A DNA stretch of 64,000 bases from an uncultured Acidobacteriota bacterium (GCA_963713675.1 CAVQMV010000013.1:2375-66374); one strand, 5' to 3'; shown: positions 46,009 to 55,085, numbered from the stretch's first letter. The notes: a model not told the origin generated them from the sequence alone. Program-made: numbers and translations.

Positions 46009-46136
46009 AACTTAACGCGGGTTTCGTCCGTGGAAAATAACCCCTCGCACGAATTATCCGATTACACAGGACGCAATGCTGCGCTCACTCTAGCCAATAG
46101 AAACAATGCTGCGTGAGGCGTAGAGAGTAAGGGATC

Positions 46137-46318
46137 GTGACCAGCATCCAGACACACTCACACCGAAACAGGCAGCGCGATATGTGGGAATCAGCGAAGG
46201 GGCGCTCAGGTTGTGGCGCGCACAGGGCAAAGGCCCGGTGTTTTTTCGCTGTGGCGAAAAGCTGGTGCGGTATCGCCGCGTTGATTTGGACAATTGGATC
46301 AGGGAACGCTCTGAGTAG
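46137..46318 (+). CDS. second excisionase/AlpA-like HTH protein (frameshift in an AC run after the GTG start)
   Basis: Manual reading LTPKQAARYVGISEGALRLWRAQGKGPVFFRCGEKLVRYRRVDLDNWIRERSE*. Confidence 0.75.
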
Positions 46319-46339
46319 CCCGGCGGTCATCGAATCGCG

Positions 46340-47444
46340 GTGAGCACGGCGGACGCGATGCAAGAGATTGAGCGCTTGGCTGAGAATGGATGGCGGCTGC
46401 TCCCGTGCGCTCTGTGCAGGCAAGAATCCGCTGCTCAAACGCTGGCCCACATTGGCGTCATCCGATCTTGCGAGTTATCCGAGAGTGGGCCGTAAAGAAT
46501 CCAGAATGCAATTGGGGTGTAGCAACGGGGCCGGATTCAGGCGTATTCGTGCTAGACGTGGACGGCGAAGCAGGCAGGGCTTCGCTGGCCGCGCTAGAGG
46601 CACAATACGGCCAGTTGCCTGTCACCCTCGTTTCCCATACCGGGCGCGATGACGGCGGGCAGCACGATTGGTTCAACTACCCGGAGGAGCCGCGAGATAC
46701 GCGGCAGCGCTGGCAAACTGGGCGAAGGTTTGGATGTTCGCGGCGCGGGCGGATACGTGATTGTTCCGCCGTCCATCCATGAAACCGGGCGTACCTATCA
46801 ATGGAAAAACCCAGAACAATCCATCGCTGATGCGCCGAAATGGTTACTTGATCTAGCTAAGTGGCGAGACTCGAAGGGGCCGAAAATACGCCTTCAACTC
46901 GATTCGGTATTTTGGTTATGGGCAAGCGCAATGATGGGCTGACCCGGTACGCAGGCTGGTTACGGCGGAAGGGAGCGGAACTGCCAGAGTTGGAAGAGAA
47001 ACTGCTTGCCGACAATGCGCGCCGCTGCCAACCACCATTGGAGGAAACAGCAGTTCGCAAAATTGCAGCGAGTATTGCGCGTTACCCGGCGGGCGGCCCT
47101 GACCCTCTGGAAGGCGCATGGACGGCAGTTCTCAAAGAAACGCATACGCGCGGATACGAGCCAGTTCATAGCTCTTTCCCGCAATCTGCAAACGCGCACG
47201 GCCAGGACTCTCAATCGCTCTTCCGTTGGAACGGATTGGCGAACTGATGGGATGTGATTGGACTCAGGTCCGGCGCTGGAGAAAACGGGCCGTGAGCGAA
47301 GGATGGCTGCGGCTGACGGAGCGTTACATCCCGCATACGAAAGCAGCCCTATATGTTTTCAATGAGTGTCCCACTATGCCCGAATGTACCACTATCAAAT
47401 CAAACCCACTATGGTTTAGTGGGACAGTGGAGAAAAGGCTATAG
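46340..47444 (+). CDS. bifunctional primase-polymerase with PriCT-like and C-terminal wHTH domains, several frameshifts
   Basis: NWGVATGPDSGVFVLDVDG, TG..GG.H, DVRGAGGYVIVPPSIH, GKRND.L..YAG.LRRKG..N..CQPPLEE..V.KIA.SIARY. Confidence 0.85.
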
Positions 47445-47452
47445 TGGTACAT
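47367..47452. repeat. convergent CCACTA iteron cluster (candidate replication origin of element 1)
   Basis: tgtcccacta/tagtgggaca and atgtaccactat/atagtggtacat perfect inverted pairs plus a third cccacta. Confidence 0.6.
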
Positions 47453-47474
47453 TTGCTTTGCCAAAAGAATTTTC

Positions 47475-47503
47475 TTGCATCAACCTATCAAGTTAGGTAT
47501 ATT
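47475..47503 (+). promoter_or_regulatory. sigma70-like promoter for the small ORF and integrase
   Basis: TTGCAT-17 bp-TATATT; ACCTA-N6-TAGGT palindrome in the spacer; ATG 47510 lies 7 nt after the -10 box. Confidence 0.6.
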
Positions 47504-47509
47504 ATTCAC

Positions 47510-47866
47510 ATGAAGTGTCCCATTCACAAAGTCGAGCTAATCTGCTACTGCCCCGCTTGCCGTGGTGAGGTCACGAGCAAGCGCAAGGCGGCAACGTCCC
47601 GCGAGAACGGCAAGCTGGGCGGACGGCCAAAGGGCAGCAAGAACAAACCGAAGTCAGAAACCCAAAGGGAAGTGAGGCGCAAGAATGCTCTACAAACGCG
47701 GCAAAACCTGCTGGTACAACTTCCGATGGTCCATCAAACAGGCGGACGGGACGGTGGAGAGCTTCCGCATCCGGCAGTCTGCCAAGACGCAGAACAAGAA
47801 CGCTGCAAAGGACGTGGAAGAGGAACACCGGCGGGCGCTGAGGCTTGGCGAGATTCACCCGAATGA
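47510..47866 (+). CDS. small basic Cys-containing protein (CP.H..C.CPAC, SRENGKLGGRP); true 3' end uncertain
   Basis: ATG 47510; the last part overlaps the integrase in another frame and may be artefactual. Confidence 0.5.
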   Translation: MKCPIHKVELICYCPACRGEVTSKRKAATSRENGKLGGRPKGSKNKPKSETQREVRRKNALQTRQNLLVQLPMVHQTGGRDGGELPHPAVCQDAEQERCKGRGRGTPAGAEAWRDSPE

Positions 47867-48858
47867 TCCGTGGCCGAAAGCGGCAACGATTGGCCCGCCG
47901 ATCTTCCGCGCATTCGCCAAAGAATTCCTGCAATACGCCAAGACGCACACAAAGCCGGGAACGCACACGTTCTACAGCGTGTGCCTGGACAGGCTGCTGA
48001 CCTTCGCCGCGATCGCAGATGCCCCGCTGGACGCGATTACAGGCGAGACAGTGAGCCGATACGCACGGCATAGGCAAGAGGTGCCGGAGAATTCCGTTGT
48101 GACCGTAAACGGCGATCTGCGCACGTTGCGGCGGATTCTGCACCTTGCCGTGGAATGGGGCAAATTGGACCGCGTGCCCACCATCCACGAATTGCCGCAG
48201 TCCAAGGGCCGGGACCGCGTGCTGAGCTTTGCGGAAGAGGCAAAGTATCTGGCGAAGGCTTCCGACAATCTGCGGGATGCAGCGATTCTGGCGGTCGATA
48301 CCGGGATGCGCCCGAACAGTGAATTGTTCCCGCTGAAATGGGCCGATGTGGATTTGACAGAGCGCGCAGAATGCCCGCATGGAGTGATCCACGTTCGCCA
48401 AGGCAAGACGGACAGCGCACAGCGAAGCCTTCCCCTCACTCCGCGGGCTGCGGACGTTCTACAGAGGCGCAAGAAGGCGGCAGAGGCGAAGCCAAAGCAA
48501 TCCGCATTCGTGTTTCCGGGCGCGGGCATCTGCGGGACACATCACGTCTGTGCAGCATCCGCACAAAGCGGCAATTGAAGACGCGAAACTGGAGAGCTTT
48601 GAATTTTATTGCTGGCGGCACACGTTCGGAACCCGCGCCGCACAGTCCGGCATGGACCGTTTCACCCTGGCCCGCCTTATGGGGCATAGCTCGCCTTCCG
48701 TGGCTGGCCGGTATTACATCCACGTCACAGAGACACACGTTGCCGCCGGGTTCGGGAAGTTTGTCGAGTACCAGACGCACAACGTAGCAGAGGGATTGAA
48801 GCCGCGTTCCCGCAAGCAAGCGAAGCGGTCCAATGAGCGGCCTTTGCGCGAATCCTGA
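47685..48858 (+). CDS. int: tyrosine recombinase/integrase of element 1 (frameshift near 48535)
   Basis: N-terminal YKRG..W, SAM-like core, DTGMR, KT, YCWRHTF, LMGHS, RYYIH. Confidence 0.92.
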
Positions 48859-49103
48859 GCGCCCAAACAAACGAAGCCCCTCGTTTCCGAGAGGCTTCGT
48901 GGCAGTTCTGAGGAAAGGGTCAGTCTCACTTTGCTTTATGCGCCGACCTTACGCTGTGATGAAATCGGAGCGCTGTATTGGCGATCACATCCCGCTTAGT
49001 CAGTCAGCGATTTTTCGCGTGTTTTGCGGAAAGTGGTACACACTGCGGTACACAGTCTGGTCACAAATGGCTGTAAGCGATTGAATCCACTTGCTAGGCT
49101 GCT

Positions 49104-49150
49104 AGATTCTCAATCTTAAAACCCGGGTTCGATTCCCGGTAGCGCTACCA
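49104..49150 (+). repeat. attR of element 1 (duplicated 3' half of tRNA-Glu)
   Basis: Exact 47-bp match to 43351-43397; no D-arm, so not a tRNA gene. Confidence 0.95.
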
Positions 49151-49332
49151 ATTATCGCTCTAAGGAAGTCTGAGCAAGTCCAAAATAATCCATAAATTCA
49201 ATGTTTTCAACGAATCATTGATCTTGATTCGTCTGTGTGGGTCTGTTGACATCTGGGGTCAACTTGGGGCAACATTGGGGGCACGTGGTGGGTGACCACA
49301 ACAGAGTTGCCCCCATTTGATAGGCGACCAAA

Positions 49333-50548
49333 ATGTTGACCGATGCTAGAATCGCAAATCTAAAGCCGCAGCCCGAAAAACGAGTCCGGAAGTACGACGC
49401 GGGTGGCTTGTACGTTGAAATCGCTCCCTCTGGGAGAAGGTGGTGGCGCTGGAAGTATCGCTTTGCTGGGAAGGAAAAGCGGATTTCCCTCGGCGTCTAC
49501 CCGGAAGTTAGCTTAAAGGAAGCCCGCGACCTTCGCGACGATGCGCGCAGGCTTCTCCGCGATGGTATTGACCCCAGCCAGAAGCGTCAGGCCGACAAGT
49601 CCTTGCTGGCCGACCGCACTGCGAACACGTTTGAAGCGATTGCGCGCGAGTGGTATAGCAAGCGCTCTGAAGCTTGGGTTCCGGAGCACGCCAAGCGCGT
49701 CGTGAGCCGCATGGAGCGCGACTTGTTTCCCTTCCTCGGCGAACGCCCCATAGCGGCGATACAAGCGCCCGAGTTGTTGACCGTCCTTCAACGCATCGAG
49801 GCGCGAGGAGTGCGAGAGACCGTCCACCGCGCCCGAACAACCTGTGAGGAAATCTTTGCCTTTGCCATTGCAGCAGGGAAGTGCGACCGGAATCCCGCTG
49901 CGGATGTGAAGAAGGCTCTCGCGTCGAAGAAAAAGGCGACCCACTTTCCTGCTGTCACGGACCCGCAGAGGTTTGGCGAGTTGCTGAGAACAATCGACGG
50001 CTATAGAGGCTCTGCTACGGTTCGAGCGGCTTTGCGTCTTGCCCCGCTTCTTGTGGCGCGTCCGGGAGAGTTAAGGAAGGCTCGTTGGGCCGATGTTGAT
50101 CTGGAGGCCGCAGAATGGCGCTACATCGCGTCTAAGACCCACCAGAACCACATCGTCCCGCTGAGCAGACAGGCTGTTGAAATACTGAGCGATCTGCACC
50201 GGCTTACCGGCACTGGCGAACTCCTGTTCCCCGGTGCGCGGAGCGCCAAGCGCCCAATGTCCGACAATGCCGTTCTTGCGGCACTGCGACGCATGGAGAT
50301 TCCGGCTGACGTAATGACCGGTCATGGCTTCCGGGCTTCCTTCCGCACCATCGGCGAGGAGGTGTTGAAATTCCGTTCCGACTTGCTTGAGCACCAGCTT
50401 GCGCATGAGGTCAAAGACCCGAATGGGCGCGCATACAATCGCACTTCGGTTCCTGCCGGAGCGCCGCAAGATGATGCAGAAGTGGAGTGACTACTGCGAC
50501 CGTCTGAAGGCCGGTGGCGAAGTGGTTGAGATGCCGAAGCGTGCATAG
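49333..50548 (+). CDS. int: P4-like tyrosine integrase (frameshift near 50450)
   Basis: MLTD..I..LKP..K..D.GGLY..G.R.WRWKYRF.GKEK, RPGELR, HGFRASF, EHQLAH, AYNR; C-terminal LPERRKMMQKWSDY in the next frame. Confidence 0.95.
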
Positions 50549-50812
50549 TAAAAGCGCAGTTTAAGATTCTTGTTGCGACTGTCTGAAGAATCATGCTAAC
50601 GTCTCACAAGTTAACGTTGGAACGCGCCTGATGCGCGGACCAATGCGGATGTTGATTTCGGTGGGATACAGACCTCCCAATCAGGGATAAGCCACGACCC
50701 ATCGAAATCGGAATCAGCACCCTCGCGGGATACGTGCTCCCCACTCCTTGGGAATAAGCGGCGACTCGCCATTCAGGTTCAGTTGATCGAATGAACCTGA
50801 CGTGGAGAGTCT

Positions 50813-51043
50813 ATGTCTGCCCAAGGAGAGACTATGTCTGCACAACAGCCTGCTTCCTTCCTTCGTCTCCCTGAAGTTCTCCGGCGCGTCGGTCTGAGCC
50901 GCGCAACCGTCTACGCGCAAATCAAGCAGGGGTCATTTCCGTATCCCGTTTCTTTGGGTCCCCGTTCGGTCGCGTGGATCGACAACGAGATTCAATCGTG
51001 GATCGATGGCCGCATTTCGGCTGCTCGTGGCGGTGTGCAATGA
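50813..51043 (+). CDS. alpA: AlpA-family regulator/excisionase
   Basis: FLRLPEVLRRVGLSRATVY..IKQGSFP.PVSLGPRSVAW...EI..W; alternative start 50834. Confidence 0.93.
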   Translation: MSAQGETMSAQQPASFLRLPEVLRRVGLSRATVYAQIKQGSFPYPVSLGPRSVAWIDNEIQSWIDGRISAARGGVQ

Positions 51044-52464
51044 CCGCCCCTGAGATTGCCGGCACGGAGATCGCCGGGGCAGTTGGACTTGAATACGTGG
51101 CTCACGAGGAAACGGCAGAACTTCTTGAAAGCTGCCGCAATTGGATACACGGTTATGTCATCGTGTCAAACGATCAGGCAGTGGTTCTGGCATGTTGGTT
51201 ACTTCACACATATGCTTTCGATGCAGCGGAAACCACGCCGTACATTCACATCACTGCGCCGGAACGCGAATGCGGCAAATCGCGCCTCATGGAGGTTTTG
51301 GAGGCATTGGCTATGTCGCCAGTGAGGTCGAGCGGGATGACGCCTGCTGCGTTGGTGCGGTGTGTTGACGATAAGCGGGCCACGATTTTTCTGGACGAGA
51401 TGGACGCTCAGCTAGGGGGTGACAAGGAATACGCGGAGGCAATACGCGGAATCCTAAATGCTGGCTTTCGGAAAGGGGGGAAATTCTACAAGTGTGTCGG
51501 CAAGGAACACTCGTTGCGCGAGTTTGATGCTTACAGCCCCAAATGCCTCGCCGGTATTGGCAAGCTGTCAGGAACGATTGCCAGCCGGTCAATCACAATC
51601 GAGATGCGACGCAAAACCGCATCGGAGACTGTGGAAGCCTTTCGCATAAGGGAAGTGCAAGCGGCTGCTTTGCCCATTCGCGAGAGGCTTGAGGCTTGGA
51701 ACGAGTCGGGAATCTCCGGCCAACTTGAGATTATCCATCCGGCAGCACTTGACGGCTTGGGTGATCGCCAAAACGACATTGCCGAGCCTCTGCTCTGCAT
51801 TGCTGAGCTTGCCGGACCCGGTTGGACTGCGAGACTCTCTGCGGCGCTGAAGGCTCTATTTGAGGCCGATGCAAGCGCGGAGAACGTCTCCATGGGCGTC
51901 GCGCTTCTGTCTGACATTCGCGCCATTTTCAATGAGCAGGGAACGGGCAGGCTTTCGTCGGAGGTGCTGGCCGAACAACTCCGGGCGTTGGATGGTCGCC
52001 CTTGGGCCGAATGGTCCCACGGCAAAGGGTTCACCAAGAACAACCTTGCAAACCAGCTAAAGAAATACCGCATCCATCCTGACAAAAACCGCTATGGAGA
52101 GAAGTCGCTGCGCGGCTATCGACGGCAGGATTTCGAGGATGCATGGTCTCGCTATTGCCCTTCGCCTCCCTCATTTTCAAGCGGAACAATGGAACACGCC
52201 GCGTCATCATTGGCAGAAGTCCCATATTCAGAGCGGAACAGAAACGGAACAGAACTGGAACAACGGCAGAATGCCGCTCCGCCTGTTCCGGGTTGTTCCG
52301 ACTGCGTTCCAGTTGCAAATAGCGCATCAGACCTGCATGAACAAAGAGGTGTTCCGGTTGTTCCGGTTGAAAAGCCGGGAGACGAACAAGAGAGCCTTTT
52401 CCCGGCACTCGACGAGTCGAACAACACGTCCGGTGGAGGGCGTTTTCTTGACGTGGAGGTGTGA
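51040..52464 (+). CDS. DUF3631-containing replication protein (helicase-like)
   Basis: W.LHTYAFDA..TPYI.IT.PE.ECGKSRL, T.FLDE.D, I.SRSITI.M.R, DR..D..EPL..IA, GY.R.DF.DAW.RY. Confidence 0.85.
   Translation: MTAPEIAGTEIAGAVGLEYVAHEETAELLESCRNWIHGYVIVSNDQAVVLACWLLHTYAFDAAETTPYIHITAPERECGKSRLMEVLEALAMSPVRSSGMTPAALVRCVDDKRATIFLDEMDAQLGGDKEYAEAIRGILNAGFRKGGKFYKCVGKEHSLREFDAYSPKCLAGIGKLSGTIASRSITIEMRRKTASETVEAFRIREVQAAALPIRERLEAWNESGISGQLEIIHPAALDGLGDRQNDIAEPLLCIAELAGPGWTARLSAALKALFEADASAENVSMGVALLSDIRAIFNEQGTGRLSSEVLAEQLRALDGRPWAEWSHGKGFTKNNLANQLKKYRIHPDKNRYGEKSLRGYRRQDFEDAWSRYCPSPPSFSSGTMEHAASSLAEVPYSERNRNGTELEQRQNAAPPVPGCSDCVPVANSASDLHEQRGVPVVPVEKPGDEQESLFPALDESNNTSGGGRFLDVEV
52183..52364. repeat. 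convergent GGAACA/TGTTCC iteron array (candidate origin of element 2)
   Basis: Five GGAACA followed by four TGTTCC and one CGTTCC in the low-complexity 3' end of the DUF3631 gene. Confidence 0.65.
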
Positions 52465-52465
52465 C

Positions 52466-52870
52466 TTGCTGGCCACGGAAATCATCGACAAGATCACCAG
52501 TGCCGGGGGCCGGATATGGCTGGAGGATAACAAGGTCCGAGCGCGTCTGCCAGAAATCCTTCGGCATCTGGTGAACGTGATCCATGAGCATAAGCCGGAG
52601 TTGATGGCAGAACTTGCTAGGCGTCCGGCTATGCCTGCCGGTGTCCAGCTCATCCGCTGGGAGCCAAAGGCCGCGCCAGTCCGATTGTCGGAGTGCTCGG
52701 TGGCGGCGGACCCGGAGAAATTCATCCGCGCAACGCTGATCCAGTTGGACGCCCGACTGAGCGGGAAAGCCTTCTTCGACGGGGGATGAGGGTTGACAGG
52801 GTTGCTGGCCCGACTGAGGGCTTGCGGCTGCTATGTGGTCCTCGATGATCCCCGGAAAGAACTGCAATGA
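52466..52870 (+). pseudogene. small rep-associated protein (TubC-N-like start) interrupted by in-frame TGA at 52787
   Basis: TTG start with GGAGG RBS; ..FFDGG*GLTGLLARLRACGCYVVLDDPRKELQ* continues in the same frame. Confidence 0.5.
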
Positions 52871-52910
52871 CATCTGCGCACTGTAATATGGCTATTCGTG
52901 AGGTTGAATT

Positions 52911-53681
52911 GTGTCCGACGAAGATGAGTCCATCGTTCAAAGACCACGGGAAGCCTACGACATAGCGAAGTTACAGCAAGAAACAGAGTTCGAGAGGTTC
53001 CTCGAACATCCGCTGACTCAAGCTCTGGAAGCTCTGACAGGCGCGTTTGCGCTTGGCACAAAGCGCGCTGGCTTCGCTGCGGGTCGAATCGCCCAAGCCC
53101 TCATCAAGGGCAAAATGTACGAGCAATGTGCAGAAGAATGGCGGGAGTTGCGGGAAGCTGGCAAGATACCCGAAAACCTCGGCGAGACCGAGCACGGGCT
53201 GTACACGTGGGCAGAGCTTATGAAGATCATCGATGATGAGTGCCCAGATCGCGAAAGACTAGACGCGCTCAAAGCCGCATTCTACGCGGTCAACAAAGTG
53301 AAACAGAGTGATGAGGAAGTGATTGTTCAATACCAGCTATGGCAGGTCGCCAAGGAATTAAAATCGGGCGACATTCTGCTCTTGCGGTCGATGTATGCTC
53401 GCGTCAATGGCACTGTTGGGTCTCACTATCAAGAGTGGGTAACGGGGATGTTAAAGTCGTCAGGCTTAATGATTCCCGAATTGCTTGAGCGCCATGAAAA
53501 GCGGCTCTGCGAGTTCTCACTGATGACACCGCGCTTCGCTGTTGCGGGGGACTCGCAGCTTGGATACGAACGGAGTGGCATAAACGTCACGAACAATCGC
53601 CTGAGCCAACTTGGAGTTCGCCTCTGTCAAAACATCGGAAAGTACAAGATCGACTTGGCGAACGCCCAAAAGCCCAAGTAA
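52911..53681 (+). CDS. accessory protein, Abi-alpha/DUF4393-like
   Basis: Helical N-domain, QVAKELKSGDILLL, C-terminal wHTH-like RLSQLGVRLC; lower GC; intact. Confidence 0.55.
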   Translation: MSDEDESIVQRPREAYDIAKLQQETEFERFLEHPLTQALEALTGAFALGTKRAGFAAGRIAQALIKGKMYEQCAEEWRELREAGKIPENLGETEHGLYTWAELMKIIDDECPDRERLDALKAAFYAVNKVKQSDEEVIVQYQLWQVAKELKSGDILLLRSMYARVNGTVGSHYQEWVTGMLKSSGLMIPELLERHEKRLCEFSLMTPRFAVAGDSQLGYERSGINVTNNRLSQLGVRLCQNIGKYKIDLANAQKPK

Positions 53682-53749
53682 TCCAAATTTGGCCGCTACC
53701 GAGAGACGGTAATATGGCACTTTGAGAATGGAGCATGGTTTATGCGACT

Positions 53750-54027
53750 CTATCGGACACTCAAACCAAGCGAATGGGAGCCAGTTAAGAAGGAGATGGT
53801 TCAGGTTGGCAACACGCGGGAAACCAAAGCGCCTCAATGCCGATGTGCGTCAGGGAATCATCGCCCCGCGCCGCGAGCATTCGAGAAAGCCTGACAACAT
53901 CCACGAGCGGATTGAGCGGCTCGTCGCTGGGCCATACTGTGAACTTTTCGCTCGACAACTCCGGCCTAATTGGCATACATGGGGCAACCAGACAGATAAA
54001 TTTAGGCCGATTGATGGTGCCGCATGA
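53750..54027 (+). pseudogene. MT-A70 adenine methyltransferase C-terminal remnant
   Basis: LATRGKPKRL...V.Q.IIAPRREHSRKPD.I.ERIERLV.GPY.ELFAR..RP.W..WGNQ; N-terminal DPPW part absent. Confidence 0.8.
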
Positions 54028-54293
54028 AATGGCCGGAAGAACAAGTCGAAGTATTGAAAGCCCTGTGGTCTGACGGACGGTCGGCATCGCAGATCGCACA
54101 TGAACTGCATACTACGCGAAGCGCAATTCTTGGCAAGATTCATCGCCTGAGGCTGAACAACCGCGACCCATCAAAATCGCATTGTGTTTCGCGCCCACGG
54201 GCAGTCAGAGAAGTCGAGGAAGATGGGTCGGGAATTGAGTTTGAATACGGGCTGCCATGCTTTGTGCGCCATGCTTTAGAACTCGACGCTTGA
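54024..54293 (+). CDS. GcrA-like protein (N-terminal HTH only)
   Basis: MKWPEEQVEVLKALWSDGRSASQIAHELHTTRSAILGKIHRLRL. Confidence 0.8.
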   Translation: MKWPEEQVEVLKALWSDGRSASQIAHELHTTRSAILGKIHRLRLNNRDPSKSHCVSRPRAVREVEEDGSGIEFEYGLPCFVRHALELDA

Positions 54294-54670
54294 TGCCGCG
54301 CTCTTCGACAAGCCGCGCGCAACCCGAACGGCAATTGCAGGTCGCGGTAATGCACTTCCTTAAGGTCGCGGCACCGGATATTGAGGTGATCCACATTCCA
54401 AATGGAGGCTACCGCCGCAAGATCGAGGCTGCGCTTCTCAAAGGAATGGGTGTCAAGGCGGGTGTTGCCGATCTTCTGCTTCTATGGAAACCGGGGAGGT
54501 GCGGGTTTATCGAATTGAAGAGCGACCGCCGTCGGTGCCGGATTTCAGCGGAGCAGCAGGCATTCGGAATAAGGATGTGGGAGCGGGCGATCCCCTACGC
54601 GGTTTGCACGTCGATTGATGGTGTTTCGTCGGTGCTTAAATCTTGGGATGCGCCGCTTCGCGTCAGATAA
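54293..54670 (+). CDS. VRR-NUC (PD-(D/E)xK) nuclease
   Basis: E..LQ..V..L, HIPNGG.R...EA..LK.MGV.AGVADL, FIELK, S.EQ. Confidence 0.85.
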   Translation: MPRSSTSRAQPERQLQVAVMHFLKVAAPDIEVIHIPNGGYRRKIEAALLKGMGVKAGVADLLLLWKPGRCGFIELKSDRRRCRISAEQQAFGIRMWERAIPYAVCTSIDGVSSVLKSWDAPLRVR

Positions 54671-54686
54671 TGGGCTGCAGGTAGGA

Positions 54687-55013
54687 ATGGATTTTCATAA
54701 ACCGGGATGGACGCCTGCGAATGAAGTGTGTGTTAAGCACCGGCGCGTGCGTCGGCACCGGACGGGGAATCGGAGTCGTCGCAGACCTAAACGCGGGTAC
54801 GTTTTGACAGAGGTGATTCTCGATCACCTTACGGATTTTATCTGGCTAACGCCGAGAGAAATTACGGCAATTGTGGAACTGGTCCACGAAGATATTGAAG
54901 AGCATCGTGTGCTGGGGACCCTTTGGCACTTGGTGCGAATGGGTGAAGTCGAAAGACGCACCGATCCTGGAGAAGGACGATTGAACGCGGTGCAATTTAA
55001 GAAGCGGACATGA
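54687..55013 (+). CDS. small wHTH-like hypothetical protein
   Basis: WLTPREI..V..TLWHLVRMGEVER pattern. Confidence 0.5.
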   Translation: MDFHKPGWTPANEVCVKHRRVRRHRTGNRSRRRPKRGYVLTEVILDHLTDFIWLTPREITAIVELVHEDIEEHRVLGTLWHLVRMGEVERRTDPGEGRLNAVQFKKRT

Positions 55014-55085
55014 AGGGCGCGGGTTTATCCTAGGAATCAGAAAAATCAGGACTTCGTCGGGTTTTGATGAGAAAAGAGGGTCGAT

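Larger units (their letters stand above)
43351..49150. mobile_element. integrative element 1 (satellite/IME-like, prim-pol replicon) in tRNA-Glu
   Basis: Identical 47-bp direct repeats 43351-43397 and 49104-49150 (3' half of the tRNA); integrase, prim-pol and HTH genes in between. Confidence 0.92.

Noticed and set aside
49104-49150. Second tRNA-Glu gene
   Set aside because: Only the anticodon-to-CCA half is present; it is the att duplication
52787-52789. Selenocysteine or recoded TGA
   Set aside because: No redox motif or SECIS-like hairpin recognised; other genes use TGA as stop
53750-54670. Functional restriction-modification system (MT-A70 plus nuclease)
   Set aside because: The methyltransferase lacks its N-terminal catalytic half, and VRR-NUC is a common phage resolvase-like gene
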